Positions 9,627-18,452 of a stretch of DNA of 31,721 bases are shown piece after piece. This DNA comes from Crocinitomicaceae bacterium (lineage in GTDB: Bacteria > Bacteroidota > Bacteroidia > Flavobacteriales_D > Crocinitomicaceae). A model generated the notes under the pieces. It saw only the letters and a program-made list of their open reading frames with translations, was not told where the DNA came from and did no database searches. The position numbers were made by a program, and so were the translations under genes. Numbering within the stretch: position 1 is the first letter of the stretch; each line of letters begins with the position of its first letter. Location of the stretch: contig DQTF01000116.1 of NCBI GenBank assembly GCA_015662935.1, positions 1-31,721 on the forward strand, given 5' to 3'.

Positions 9627-10691
9627 TTATTTTAATACGATGTAGACAGGCAAGTGATCCGAATAACCGCCGTAATATTTGCGTCCGCCATAGGTTGCAC
9701 TCGGTTTTTGCCCCCCATCTCTATAGGTATAAATCAATGTTCTTTCTCGAAGAATTTCAGCATCTTGATTCTCTATCCCAAGACCCGATTTTTGGTCATA
9801 AACAGCTTGAGAAATGATGATTTGATCTAAAACTGACCATTCTCTTTGGTAAACTGCTGTTCCCTCACCGTTTTCATGTTCGTCGAAAAGTAAGTTGATT
9901 AAATCACCTTCATTATCATACCCTGCTTCTTTTGCTTGCAATACTTTATTGAGGCTTTCATTGTCAGGGTAGTCATTAAAATCACCGATAATAATAATAT
10001 TGGCATCTTTGTCGTTCTCCAAAATTTTATCAACCTCTTCTCTTAAAATAGTTGCTGCTCTAACTCTTTTGTGCTCTGTTTCTTTCTGCCCTTCTCTCCT
10101 CGATGACCAATGGTTGATAAAAACATGTGTCTTTGCCCCCCCATTAAACTCTCCAAAAACATGTAAAATATCTCTAGTGTTAAACCCTCTATTATTTGGA
10201 AGTTTTACAGCAATTTTTTCTGATTCAATAACTTCAAACGCATCGGCATCATATAACAAAGCAACATCAATTCCTCTTCTGTCAGGAGAATTAAAGTGAA
10301 CATATTTGTAATTGATTTTGGTCATTCCTGGAGTTTCAATTAACGCTTCTAAAACCTTATGATTCTCTATTTCAGCAAGCCCGATTAAAACAGGTTTTTC
10401 ATCAATGAGGTTAATAGCTTCAGAAATGTTTTTCAGCTTTGTTTCATAACGCTCATCATCCCAGTTTAAATAACCAGACGGTGTAAAATCATCGTCATTC
10501 GTCCGAGGATCATTCTCCGTATCGAATAAATTTTCCACATTGTAGAAAACAACTGATCTTCCGGAGACATTGCTTGTTGAGTTACGATTTGAATTCTCTT
10601 CCATGTTTGAGTTATTGTCTTTAATTTCTTCTACCAATTCACAACCTGTAAATAACACAAGTAAGCAAAAAGGGATGATTAATCTTTTCAT
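9627..10691 (-). CDS. Endonuclease/exonuclease/phosphatase (EEP) family lipoprotein
   Basis: Lipoprotein signal MKRLIIPFCLLVLFTG|C. Motifs FYNVENLFD, GLAEIEN, RGIDVALLY, NHWSSR, GDFND and C-terminal SDHLPV. ATG at 10691 is preferred. Confidence 0.9.
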   Translation of the reverse strand: MKRLIIPFCLLVLFTGCELVEEIKDNNSNMEENSNRNSTSNVSGRSVVFYNVENLFDTENDPRTNDDDFTPSGYLNWDDERYETKLKNISEAINLIDEKPVLIGLAEIENHKVLEALIETPGMTKINYKYVHFNSPDRRGIDVALLYDADAFEVIESEKIAVKLPNNRGFNTRDILHVFGEFNGGAKTHVFINHWSSRREGQKETEHKRVRAATILREEVDKILENDKDANIIIIGDFNDYPDNESLNKVLQAKEAGYDNEGDLINLLFDEHENGEGTAVYQREWSVLDQIIISQAVYDQKSGLGIENQDAEILRERTLIYTYRDGGQKPSATYGGRKYYGGYSDHLPVYIVLK

Positions 10692-10698
10692 AAATTCT

Positions 10699-12363
10699 TT
10701 ATTTAATTCCAAGTACACCTAGTAGGGCTCTTGTAAGTTTTCCTATCAAACCTCCTCCTCTAGAACTTGTTACACCTTTCGTTACACCATCTGTAACAGA
10801 ATTCCACATCTTTTTTCTTTTACGTGCTTTGCGTTTATCTTCAGCAATTTGCTCCTTTTTTTGACGAGCTAATTCTCGAGCTACTGCTTTTTTTCTTCTT
10901 GTTTCTTCCGTTTTTTCTTTTTTAAGTCGAGCAGTTTCTTTTTCTGAAAGCAATTCATCTGCTTTTGCATTATCTGCTTCTACTTTCTCTTGATGTTCTT
11001 TTGCTCCTGCCTTTTTAATTTTTCCAGTGAGAATTTCGTACGCACTTTCTGAATCAATATTTTCGTTGTACTTTTCTATCAGTTTAGAATTTTTAACCAA
11101 TTCGGCAACCTCTTCTTTCTCTAAAACATCCATTCTAGAAAGTGGTGCTCGGCAAACAGTTGCAACAAGTGGAGTAGGGATACCTTTTTCGTTTAAGGCA
11201 GTTACTAAAGCTTCACCAATTCCTAATTGCGTAATTAAATCTTCCGTTTTGTAATATTCTGTAATCGGATAATTCTCGGCTGCTTTTTTTATTGCCTTTC
11301 TGTCTTTCTCCGTGAAAGCACGCATCGCATGTTGCACTTTTAAACCGAGTTGAGAAAGAACATCATCGGGAACATCAATCGGGTTTTGTGTGCAAAAGAA
11401 AACGCCGACTCCTTTAGAACGAATTAACTTAACAATGACTTCTAACTGATCCAATAAAGTCTTAGAAGCTTCTTTAAAAACTAGATGTGCTTCGTCAATA
11501 AAAATGCAAAGCTTGGGTTTGTCCATGTCTCCTTCTTCAGGAAAAGAAGAATAGATCTCCGCCAATAAACTCAACATAAAAGTGGAGAATAACTTTGGTT
11601 TACTTTGGATATCCATTAAACGAACAATCGAAATCACGCCGTTGCCATTCTCATCCGTTCTGAGTAAATCATTTGGTTCAAAAGAGCGTTCTCCAAAGAA
11701 ATCGCTTGCTCCTTGCTGTTCCAATTCGATTACTTTTCGCATAATCGTGTTCACGGTTGTCGATGCAACTTTTCCGTATTCTTCAGCGATTGCTTCTTTT
11801 CCATCATTGACAACATATTGCAGTACTTTCCTTAGATCTTTTAAATCTACAAGCGGTAATTGTTGCGAATCACAGAAAACAAATATCAATGAGATAACAC
11901 TGCTTTGCGTTTCGTTTAAACCCAGAATTTTAGACAAAAGGACAGGGCCAAATTCTGTAACTGTCGCTTTTAATCGAACACCATCTCCCTTTGACAAGGT
12001 CATTAGCTCAACAGGCATTGCCATTGGTTCGTAAGGCAAGTTTATTGCTTTGTGCCTTTTGTCAATGAAATCATTGCTAGTTCCTTCTGCAGCAAGACCC
12101 GATAAATCACCCTTGATATCCATTAGCAAGCAAGGAACTCCTTTCAGAGAAAGTTGCTCAGCAATAACTTGCAATGATTTGGTTTTTCCTGTTCCGGTTG
12201 CACCAGAAATTAGTCCGTGACGGTTGAGTGTTTTAAGAGGAACTTTTATATGTGTATCGGTGATTGCTTCACCGTCCAACATTGCTCCACCAATTGTAAT
12301 GAAATCACTTTTAAAAGTGTAACCCGTATTAATGTGATCTTTAAATTCTTGAACCTTTGACAT
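10699..12363 (-). CDS. DUF853/YjgR-type HerA-like P-loop ATPase
   Basis: NRHGLISGATGTGKT, DIKGDLSG, IFIDEAHLVF, IRSKGVGVFFCTQNP, QHAMRAFT. ATG at 12363 is preferred. Confidence 0.9.
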   Translation of the reverse strand: MSKVQEFKDHINTGYTFKSDFITIGGAMLDGEAITDTHIKVPLKTLNRHGLISGATGTGKTKSLQVIAEQLSLKGVPCLLMDIKGDLSGLAAEGTSNDFIDKRHKAINLPYEPMAMPVELMTLSKGDGVRLKATVTEFGPVLLSKILGLNETQSSVISLIFVFCDSQQLPLVDLKDLRKVLQYVVNDGKEAIAEEYGKVASTTVNTIMRKVIELEQQGASDFFGERSFEPNDLLRTDENGNGVISIVRLMDIQSKPKLFSTFMLSLLAEIYSSFPEEGDMDKPKLCIFIDEAHLVFKEASKTLLDQLEVIVKLIRSKGVGVFFCTQNPIDVPDDVLSQLGLKVQHAMRAFTEKDRKAIKKAAENYPITEYYKTEDLITQLGIGEALVTALNEKGIPTPLVATVCRAPLSRMDVLEKEEVAELVKNSKLIEKYNENIDSESAYEILTGKIKKAGAKEHQEKVEADNAKADELLSEKETARLKKEKTEETRRKKAVARELARQKKEQIAEDKRKARKRKKMWNSVTDGVTKGVTSSRGGGLIGKLTRALLGVLGIK

Positions 12364-12376
12364 AAGTTTATAAATA

Positions 12377-12403
12377 GACAAAGAGGGATAAACCCTCTTT
12401 GTC
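12377..12403. terminator. Perfect 11-bp hairpin between dodecin and the DUF853 gene
   Basis: gacaaagaggg-ataaa-ccctctttgtc. Only a weak U-tract (tattt) follows it on the minus strand. Confidence 0.55.
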
Positions 12404-12426
12404 AAACTATTAAATTAGGGGTTTTA

Positions 12427-12627
12427 CTATCCTAAACGGAAGGTTAATTTTAAGTTCACACGGAACTCATCAACTTTTCCATCCTTTACTGTACAAGACT
12501 GATCTTGAACATAAACAGATGTAATTCCTTTTACTGTTTTTGATGCTTTTTCAACTGCTTTTTCAGTTGCATCTTCCCAACTCTTAGTTGAGCTTGATAA
12601 TACTTCGATTACTTTTAAAACTGACAT
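12427..12627 (-). CDS. Dodecin family protein
   Basis: 66 aa with KVIEVLSSSTKSWEDA...AV..ASKTV..I...YV..Q...V..GKV.EFRVNLKLTF. Confidence 0.88.
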   Translation of the reverse strand: MSVLKVIEVLSSSTKSWEDATEKAVEKASKTVKGITSVYVQDQSCTVKDGKVDEFRVNLKLTFRLG

Positions 12628-12659
12628 AATTGTTTGTTTTTATTAGGTTAATAATGAAT

Positions 12660-13142
12660 TTATTTTCCAAAAAGTTTACTGAATAAACCAGCAATTCCTC
12701 CTGAACTTTTAGTCGCTTTTGCAGCGGTATTACTTGCAGCATCTTTCGCATCATCACCATCAAACATATCTGTGATGCTAGAGAAGATTCCCGCAATTCC
12801 GCCTTCGTCATTCTTCCCGTCAGAAGAAAGTTTACCCGTAAATTGACTTAAAATTCCAGGGATTGCTCCTTTTAAAGAACCCGCAATACTGTCTGGCAAT
12901 CCAACTTTCTTGATTAAGTTTTGAACGAAATCATCCTCTATTTCTGCAGCCATTTTTACATCATCTTCAGTGTTTTCATTATCTGAAAGAAGGCTTGACA
13001 TTTGTTTTGGGTTTTCTGTAAATTTTGATTGCATTGATGACATCGCTTGCTTAGCAACTGATTGTGCTTGTTCATCAGAGACACCAAACTTCGTTAAAAG
13101 TCCTTTTACTGTGTCATTTTCTAAAATATCTTTGATATCCAT
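12660..13142 (-). CDS. Hypothetical helical protein, possibly DUF937/YidB-like
   Basis: 160-aa ORF co-oriented with its neighbours. Acidic and helical, ending GGIAGLFSKLFGK. The family guess is from overall pattern only. Confidence 0.6.
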   Translation of the reverse strand: MDIKDILENDTVKGLLTKFGVSDEQAQSVAKQAMSSMQSKFTENPKQMSSLLSDNENTEDDVKMAAEIEDDFVQNLIKKVGLPDSIAGSLKGAIPGILSQFTGKLSSDGKNDEGGIAGIFSSITDMFDGDDAKDAASNTAAKATKSSGGIAGLFSKLFGK

Positions 13143-13201
13143 TTTGGTTGTTGTTTTTGATTAAAAAAATTATACACGAATATAGTGATTTTTTAGTAAA
13201 A

Positions 13202-14251
13202 TTAGAAGTTCCAGTCAAAAGTATCGATATCTGCAATGCAATTTGTTAGCAAATCGATGCTTCCTTGAATGTCATCTTTGTGCGCCATTTCGATTACTTG
13301 ATGCAAATGTCGTGTTGGAATAGAAACTGCCCCTGCAATGGAACCTCCCTCAGTCATTCTCTGAATACCAGCGGTATCAGTACCTCCGGCAGTTAGAATT
13401 TCTGGTTGCCATTTAATTTTGTACTTGTCAGCAGTTTGTTTCATGTACTTAACCATTCTGTAATCACAGATAGTTGCAGAGTCCAATAATTTAATTGCCG
13501 TTCCCTCTCCCAACTTTGTAATCTTTTCATGTTCTGCTGCGCCGGGCAAATCAAAAGCAATAGTAGTGTCTAAACCAAAGCCAAAATCAGGGTTGATTCT
13601 CATAGCTGAAACATTTGCTCCACGAATTCCAACTTCCTCTTGCACAGTAAATACTCCGTATAAGTCAAATGGAATTTCTTTCCCTTTTAAGTTTTTTAAT
13701 GTTTCGATGAGAATGAAAACGGCAAGACGGTTGTCTAAAGACTTCCCGTTGACACATTTCCCCATTTCAATAAACTCTCTTTCCCTTGTAATAGAATCAC
13801 CAATTGTCACTAATTTTTTGACTTCTTCAACAGGCAATCCTGTATCAATAAAATAGTCTTGCAGTTTGGCAACTTTATTTCTTTCTTCAGCCGTCATTAC
13901 GTGGATAGGTTTTGAGGCCATTACACCAATTAAATCTTCTTTTCCATGAATAATAACTCGCTGTGCAGTTAATGTTTTGGGGTCAAAACCACCCAAAGTA
14001 TGAAAGCGAATAAACCCATTGTCATCTATATGGGTGACGATGAATCCTATTTCATCCATGTGGGCACCGACCATAATTCGCTTGTCACCCACCCCTCGTT
14101 TAATTGCGTAAACATTTCCCATGTTGTCGATTTCAACTTCGTCAGCTAAATCTTTGACTTCTTCTAAAACAAGATTTCGTATTTCTTTTTCAAACCCCGG
14201 AGCGCCAGGTGTAGTGCAAATCTTTTTAAGTAAAGCTGTATTTATTGACAT
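13202..14251 (-). CDS. M42 family metallopeptidase
   Basis: GAHMDEIG, GKSLDNR, FTVQEEVGIRGA, LDTT, GGTD, SIPTRHLH. Confidence 0.93.
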   Translation of the reverse strand: MSINTALLKKICTTPGAPGFEKEIRNLVLEEVKDLADEVEIDNMGNVYAIKRGVGDKRIMVGAHMDEIGFIVTHIDDNGFIRFHTLGGFDPKTLTAQRVIIHGKEDLIGVMASKPIHVMTAEERNKVAKLQDYFIDTGLPVEEVKKLVTIGDSITREREFIEMGKCVNGKSLDNRLAVFILIETLKNLKGKEIPFDLYGVFTVQEEVGIRGANVSAMRINPDFGFGLDTTIAFDLPGAAEHEKITKLGEGTAIKLLDSATICDYRMVKYMKQTADKYKIKWQPEILTAGGTDTAGIQRMTEGGSIAGAVSIPTRHLHQVIEMAHKDDIQGSIDLLTNCIADIDTFDWNF

Positions 14252-14309
14252 AATTTTATTTTTTGTTCGATAATTAGACGGTTAAAGTTAAAAATCCTTT
14301 TGAGAAGAT

Positions 14310-14317
14310 TAACTTTA
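14310..14317 (+). promoter_or_regulatory. -7 box (TAACTTTA), 4 nt before the SCO ATG. A divergent TAACTTTA for the M42 gene lies at 14283-14290 (minus).
   Basis: Matches TAnnTTT(G/A). Confidence 0.55.
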
Positions 14318-14321
14318 CATT

Positions 14322-14984
14322 ATGAAGAATAAAATATTTCTCGCGGTGTTAATTGTTGCCGGAATTTCTCTGGTTTATTATTTACAAAATCAACCAAAGG
14401 AAGAAGTTTTACCTGTGATTAATCCAACAGATGTTCTTCCAGAGATGGTAGATGCATCTGTATTGATGGAAAGAAAAGGATACGGTCACATAATTGGAGA
14501 TTTTACTTTTATTAACCAGAATAATGATCTTATTTCGGAGAAAGAAATTGAAGATAAGGTGTTTGTTGCAGAATATTTTTTCACTACTTGCACCAGTATT
14601 TGCCCAATAATGAATGAAGAGATGCAACGTGTTTATGCAAAATATAAGTCCCAAGATGATTTTAGAATATTGAGTTTTACGGTAGACCCGGAGGTTGATT
14701 CTGTAGAGGTAATGAATGCTTATGCAGAAGAACACGGAGCGGGGTCAAAATGGCATTTTTTGACTGGAAATAAGGAGAGTTTATACAAATTGGCTAGAAA
14801 GTCATTCTTTGTTCTCAAACCTGCAGAAGTAGAAAATATTGGGGATGCAGGAAGCGACTTCATTCACACCAACAATTTTGTTTTAGTTGATAAACAACGA
14901 AGAATTAGAGGTTATTATGATGGAACAAGCCCAAGTTCTGTTGATTCTCTAATGATTGATATTGGTAAGCTTTTGAAGGAATAA
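14322..14984 (+). CDS. SCO family copper chaperone
   Basis: N-terminal membrane anchor, FFTTCTSICP (CxxxC), SFTVDPEVD, FIHTNNFVLVD..RRIRGYY. Confidence 0.93.
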   Translation: MKNKIFLAVLIVAGISLVYYLQNQPKEEVLPVINPTDVLPEMVDASVLMERKGYGHIIGDFTFINQNNDLISEKEIEDKVFVAEYFFTTCTSICPIMNEEMQRVYAKYKSQDDFRILSFTVDPEVDSVEVMNAYAEEHGAGSKWHFLTGNKESLYKLARKSFFVLKPAEVENIGDAGSDFIHTNNFVLVDKQRRIRGYYDGTSPSSVDSLMIDIGKLLKE

Positions 14985-14988
14985 ATAT

Positions 14989-15021
14989 ATAGTAGGGGTG
15001 GATGCGATCTACCTCTACTAT
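14989..15021. terminator. Hairpin between convergent SCO and xseB (bidirectional terminator or GTAG-type REP)
   Basis: atagtaggggtgga-tgcga-tctacctctactat gives a 14-bp stem with two G-U pairs, bounded by GTAG...CTAC. Confidence 0.6.
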
Positions 15022-15219
15022 TTATTCCTCTAATTCTTTTAAAATCAAATTCACATCTTCTTCCGTTGCAGATAATTTTTCTTTGCAAATTTTTATTAAC
15101 TCAGAAGCTCGTTTCACTTTGACACTAAGTTCATCTACAGTGATTTCTCCATCTTCAATGTCGACTACAATTTGCTGTAATTCATCAAATGCTTCTGTGT
15201 ATTTTATTTCTTTACTCAT
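15022..15219 (-). CDS. xseB: Exodeoxyribonuclease VII small subunit
   Basis: YTEAFDELQQIV..IE.GE..VDEL...VKRA.ELI..C..KL...E. Overlaps the xseA stop. Confidence 0.93.
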   Translation of the reverse strand: MSKEIKYTEAFDELQQIVVDIEDGEITVDELSVKVKRASELIKICKEKLSATEEDVNLILKELEE

Positions 15220-16600
15220 TATTGTTTTCCGTTTTTACGACTTCTGATTCTACACTAAAAGTTGCCGTTTTTGTTTGAATTTTATCTCCTTTTTTCACTG
15301 TGTTTTTCTCTCCAATTGTTTTACCATTTAATAAGGTAATTGAATAACCTCGATTTAAAACATTAATTGGATCCATTAATCGAATGGATTGTGCTAAAAC
15401 ATTAATTTTATGTTGTTCCGAAATAAGTTGCGTGTTTGTCTTGCTAGGAAGTGCATCTTGCAATTTCTCCAATTCGTTTTGCTCATTAGAAAGTAATTCT
15501 CTGGCACTCCTATAAACTCCTTGTTCATTTTTGCGAATCATCATCTTGTGATTCAATAAGAGAAATTTAAAATTGTTTTCTAAACCTTTTACATTCGCAT
15601 GAATAATTTGCTTGTTCTCTGCCAACATTTGCTTTGCAGCACTTCTAAATAATTTCGATTCATTGGTTAAATGCAGCTTTACTTCAGAAGTAATATTGGA
15701 AACAGAAACCTTTAGTCTTTTTACCGCATCTTTAACGGGCACCGAAAAATTGTGAAAAGCTTGAATAAGAAAGTCACCTAATTCGGTAGGTGTAATCGCA
15801 TTTCTAAACGCGACCATTTCTGCCACAGTGAGATTGGTTGAGTGTCCTATACCTGTGAGAATGGGCAACGGGAAAGAAGCTATGTTTTTGCAAAGTTCAT
15901 AGTTGTTGTAACAAGAAAGTCCAACTTCTCCACCACCACCACGAACAATGACTACCATATCGAAATGATTTTTCACTCGTTTTATTCGTTCCAACTGAGC
16001 GCTGATAGAATCAGAAGCATTGTCCCCTTGAAGCAGAGCAGGGAAGAGCATGGTAAAGAATTGATACCCCCAAGAATTGTTTTCAATGACCTGTATAAAA
16101 TCAGAAAGGCCTTTACTTGATTCGGCAGAAATTACCGCAATTCTTTTGGGGAGAATAGGGAAACCAAGTTGTTGATTTCGATTTATTAACCCTTCTTTTT
16201 GCAACCGTTTTAACGTTTCTTGCCGTTCCTTTTGCAATTCCCCTAAAGAATAATTAGGGTCAACATCTATAATATTGAGAGAAAGCCCAAAGGTTTCACT
16301 GTACGTTATTTTGACCAATAAAAGAAGGGTCATATCATCTTTTAAAGGCTCTTTTACGGTTTGAATGAATCGCTTATTGATTCGGTCGAAATTTGTTTGC
16401 CAAATCATTCCTCTGATTTCTGCAACAATTCTCCCATCTTGCTTTTCGAGTAATTCTGGGTAGCAATGTCCTTTTTTTGAAAGGTTCAACTTGTGCATTT
16501 CTGCCTTAACCCAATAGGTAGAAGAATAGCGTTGCTCAAGTGTTTTCTTAATAGAAGAAAGAACTTGCTTTAAGGTAAATACTTTAGGCGCTTCGGACAT
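15212..16600 (-). CDS. xseA: Exodeoxyribonuclease VII large subunit
   Basis: N-terminal OB fold (WVKAEM...GHCYPEL), PKRIAVIS, IVRGGG, LTGIGH, TPT and C-terminal LNRGYSI. Confidence 0.95.
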   Translation of the reverse strand: MSEAPKVFTLKQVLSSIKKTLEQRYSSTYWVKAEMHKLNLSKKGHCYPELLEKQDGRIVAEIRGMIWQTNFDRINKRFIQTVKEPLKDDMTLLLLVKITYSETFGLSLNIIDVDPNYSLGELQKERQETLKRLQKEGLINRNQQLGFPILPKRIAVISAESSKGLSDFIQVIENNSWGYQFFTMLFPALLQGDNASDSISAQLERIKRVKNHFDMVVIVRGGGGEVGLSCYNNYELCKNIASFPLPILTGIGHSTNLTVAEMVAFRNAITPTELGDFLIQAFHNFSVPVKDAVKRLKVSVSNITSEVKLHLTNESKLFRSAAKQMLAENKQIIHANVKGLENNFKFLLLNHKMMIRKNEQGVYRSARELLSNEQNELEKLQDALPSKTNTQLISEQHKINVLAQSIRLMDPINVLNRGYSITLLNGKTIGEKNTVKKGDKIQTKTATFSVESEVVKTENNNE

Positions 16601-16974
16601 TAAAACAAAACTACAATTTTTGGAAGAAAGATGACCGTTCCAATTATGAATGCAGTTATTGCACTGAATAGAACAGCTGCTGCCGAAAGGTCTTTTATTT
16701 TTCCAATCAATGGATTATTCTCTAAAGAAATTAGATCACAGATGTTTTCTATGGCAGAATTAAAAATTTCAGAAACAAAAACGAAACCTATCGAAAAAAT
16801 GAGTAAAACCCACTCTAAAACACTTATTTTTAATAAAAACCCAAAAACTATAGCAAAAAATGTCAAAAAAAGGTGAATCCAAGAATTATGTTCTTCCCTG
16901 AAGAGAATGCGAAGACCGTTGAAGGCAAAATGAAAGCTTTTGAGTTGTTTTGAGAAAGAAATTTTTTGTTTCAT
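16600..16974 (-). CDS. dgkA: Diacylglycerol/undecaprenol kinase (DgkA family)
   Basis: SFHFAFNGL...EEHN...H, EIFNSAIENICD, IKDLSAAAV. The stop overlaps the xseA ATG (TAATG). Confidence 0.88.
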   Translation of the reverse strand: MKQKISFSKQLKSFHFAFNGLRILFREEHNSWIHLFLTFFAIVFGFLLKISVLEWVLLIFSIGFVFVSEIFNSAIENICDLISLENNPLIGKIKDLSAAAVLFSAITAFIIGTVIFLPKIVVLF

Positions 16975-17021
16975 TAGTTGAATTTAGTTATATTTTTTGT
17001 GAAATACTATAGGCTTGAAGG

Positions 17022-17053
17022 TAAATTTAATCTCTCCTCCCCTAGCTCCCAAA
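17022..17053 (-). promoter_or_regulatory. Primary-sigma promoter of dgkA-xseA-xseB: TTTG-N20-TAAATTTA
   Basis: On the minus strand, TTTG at 17053-17050, a 20-nt spacer, then TAAATTTA at 17029-17022. This fits the Bacteroidota -33/-7 consensus. Confidence 0.55.
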
Positions 17054-17174
17054 AAAAGGGGAAAATCCATGCTTGCTAAAATTCACACTAGAAAAGAAAA
17101 GATACTTTGATAATTTTTAATCTATAGCTTCACACATCTACTTTTTCTCCCTTTGGAGGGGGCTTAGGAGGAAG
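17031..17174. repeat. Pair of degenerate inverted C/G-rich REP-like elements
   Basis: Copy 1 (17031-17062) is tctctcctcccctagctcccaaaaaaagggga. Copy 2 (17147-17174) reverse-complemented is cttcctcctaagccccctccaaagggag. An AT-rich spacer of about 85 nt separates them. Confidence 0.55.
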
Positions 17175-17240
17175 CTAAGAGCATCAAAGAAATATAGAAC
17201 CTTTTTTATTAAAAATAAAGCACTACAACTCGCTTTTTTT

Positions 17241-17248
17241 TAATTTTA
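17241..17248 (+). promoter_or_regulatory. -7 box (TAATTTTA), 4 nt before the pgk ATG
   Basis: Matches TAnnTTT(G/A), with the same spacing as at 6497, 14310 and 19867. Confidence 0.55.
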
Positions 17249-17252
17249 CATC

Positions 17253-18452
17253 ATGCAAAACATTCACACCTATAATTTCCAAGACAAACGCGCATTGATT
17301 CGTGTAGATTTTAACGTTCCAATTAATAAAGAAACGTTAGAAATAACAGATGACACAAGGATTTGTGCCGCTGCTCCAACCATTAAAATGATTTTAGAAA
17401 AAGGCGGTTCAGTTGTTTTGATGTCCCACATGGGAAGACCAAAAAATGGACCTGAAGATCGTTTTTCTTTAAAGAATATCATTGCGCATTTTTCTAAAGT
17501 GATAGGTGTTGATGTTAAATTTGGTGGAGATTGCATTGGCAAAGAAGCAAACGAAATGAGTGCCAATTTGCAAGCGGGAGAAGTGATGTTATTGGAAAAC
17601 CTTCGTTTTTACAAGCAAGAAACTGCTGGAAATGAAGAGTTTGCAAAGCAACTAGCAAAGCATGGTAATGTTTATGTGAATGATGCTTTCGGAACGGCTC
17701 ATCGAGCGCATGCAAGCACAACGGTTGTGGCAAAATTTTTTCCGAATGATAAACTATTTGGCCTTTTAATAGAAGGGGAGATTAAAAGCGTTGACAAGGT
17801 GTTAAATTCTACCGAAAAACCTTTGACTGCAATTGTCGGTGGAGCAAAGGTCTCTTCTAAGATTACGATTATAGAAAGGTTGCTTAGTACTGTTGACAAC
17901 CTCATTGTTGGAGGAGGAATGGCTTACACATTTGTAAAAGCACAAGGAGGAAAGGTTGGAAATTCACTCGTTGAAGATGATTTTTTAGAAGTTGCTACTA
18001 AGATTCTTCGAGAAGCACAGGAGAAGGGGGTCAATTTATACATCCCAGTAGATTCAGTAATTGCAGACACATTTAGCAACGAGGCAAATATTGAAGAAGT
18101 TTCTATTTCGGAGATTCCAGATGGTTGGATGGGACTTGACGCAGGAACGCAAACGAAGAAAGATTGTGCTGAAATTATTCGAAAATCTAAGGTCATTTTA
18201 TGGAACGGACCAATGGGTGTTTTTGAAATGGAGAATTTTCAATCGGGAACTAAAACAATTGCAGAAGCAATCGTTGAAGCAACCTCTAACGGTGCTTTTT
18301 CTTTGATTGGTGGAGGTGATTCTGTCGCAGCGATTAATAAGTTCAACTTAGCAGACAAAGTAAGTTACGTTTCGACAGGTGGAGGAGCGATGTTGGAATA
18401 TTTGGAAGGAAAAGAATTACCGGGAATTGCGGCAATAAAAAGTAGTAATTAA
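17253..18452 (+). CDS. pgk: Phosphoglycerate kinase
   Basis: [69 protein letters not shown]. Confidence 0.98.
   Translation: MQNIHTYNFQDKRALIRVDFNVPINKETLEITDDTRICAAAPTIKMILEKGGSVVLMSHMGRPKNGPEDRFSLKNIIAHFSKVIGVDVKFGGDCIGKEANEMSANLQAGEVMLLENLRFYKQETAGNEEFAKQLAKHGNVYVNDAFGTAHRAHASTTVVAKFFPNDKLFGLLIEGEIKSVDKVLNSTEKPLTAIVGGAKVSSKITIIERLLSTVDNLIVGGGMAYTFVKAQGGKVGNSLVEDDFLEVATKILREAQEKGVNLYIPVDSVIADTFSNEANIEEVSISEIPDGWMGLDAGTQTKKDCAEIIRKSKVILWNGPMGVFEMENFQSGTKTIAEAIVEATSNGAFSLIGGGDSVAAINKFNLADKVSYVSTGGGAMLEYLEGKELPGIAAIKSSN

Noticed and set aside
9627-12363. HerA-like ATPase next to a nuclease as an anti-phage defence system
   Set aside because: The ATPase has DUF853/YjgR housekeeping-type motifs, and the nuclease is an exported lipoprotein, not a cytoplasmic effector. 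No defence-island or mobile context is present.
16975-17252. tRNA, riboswitch or CRISPR array in the largest intergenic gap
   Set aside because: I found no cloverleaf, no recognisable aptamer and no regularly spaced direct repeats. The gap is explained by two promoters and a REP-like pair.
2067-18452. fbp and pgk as a gluconeogenesis cluster
   Set aside because: They are 14 kb apart in unrelated transcription units.
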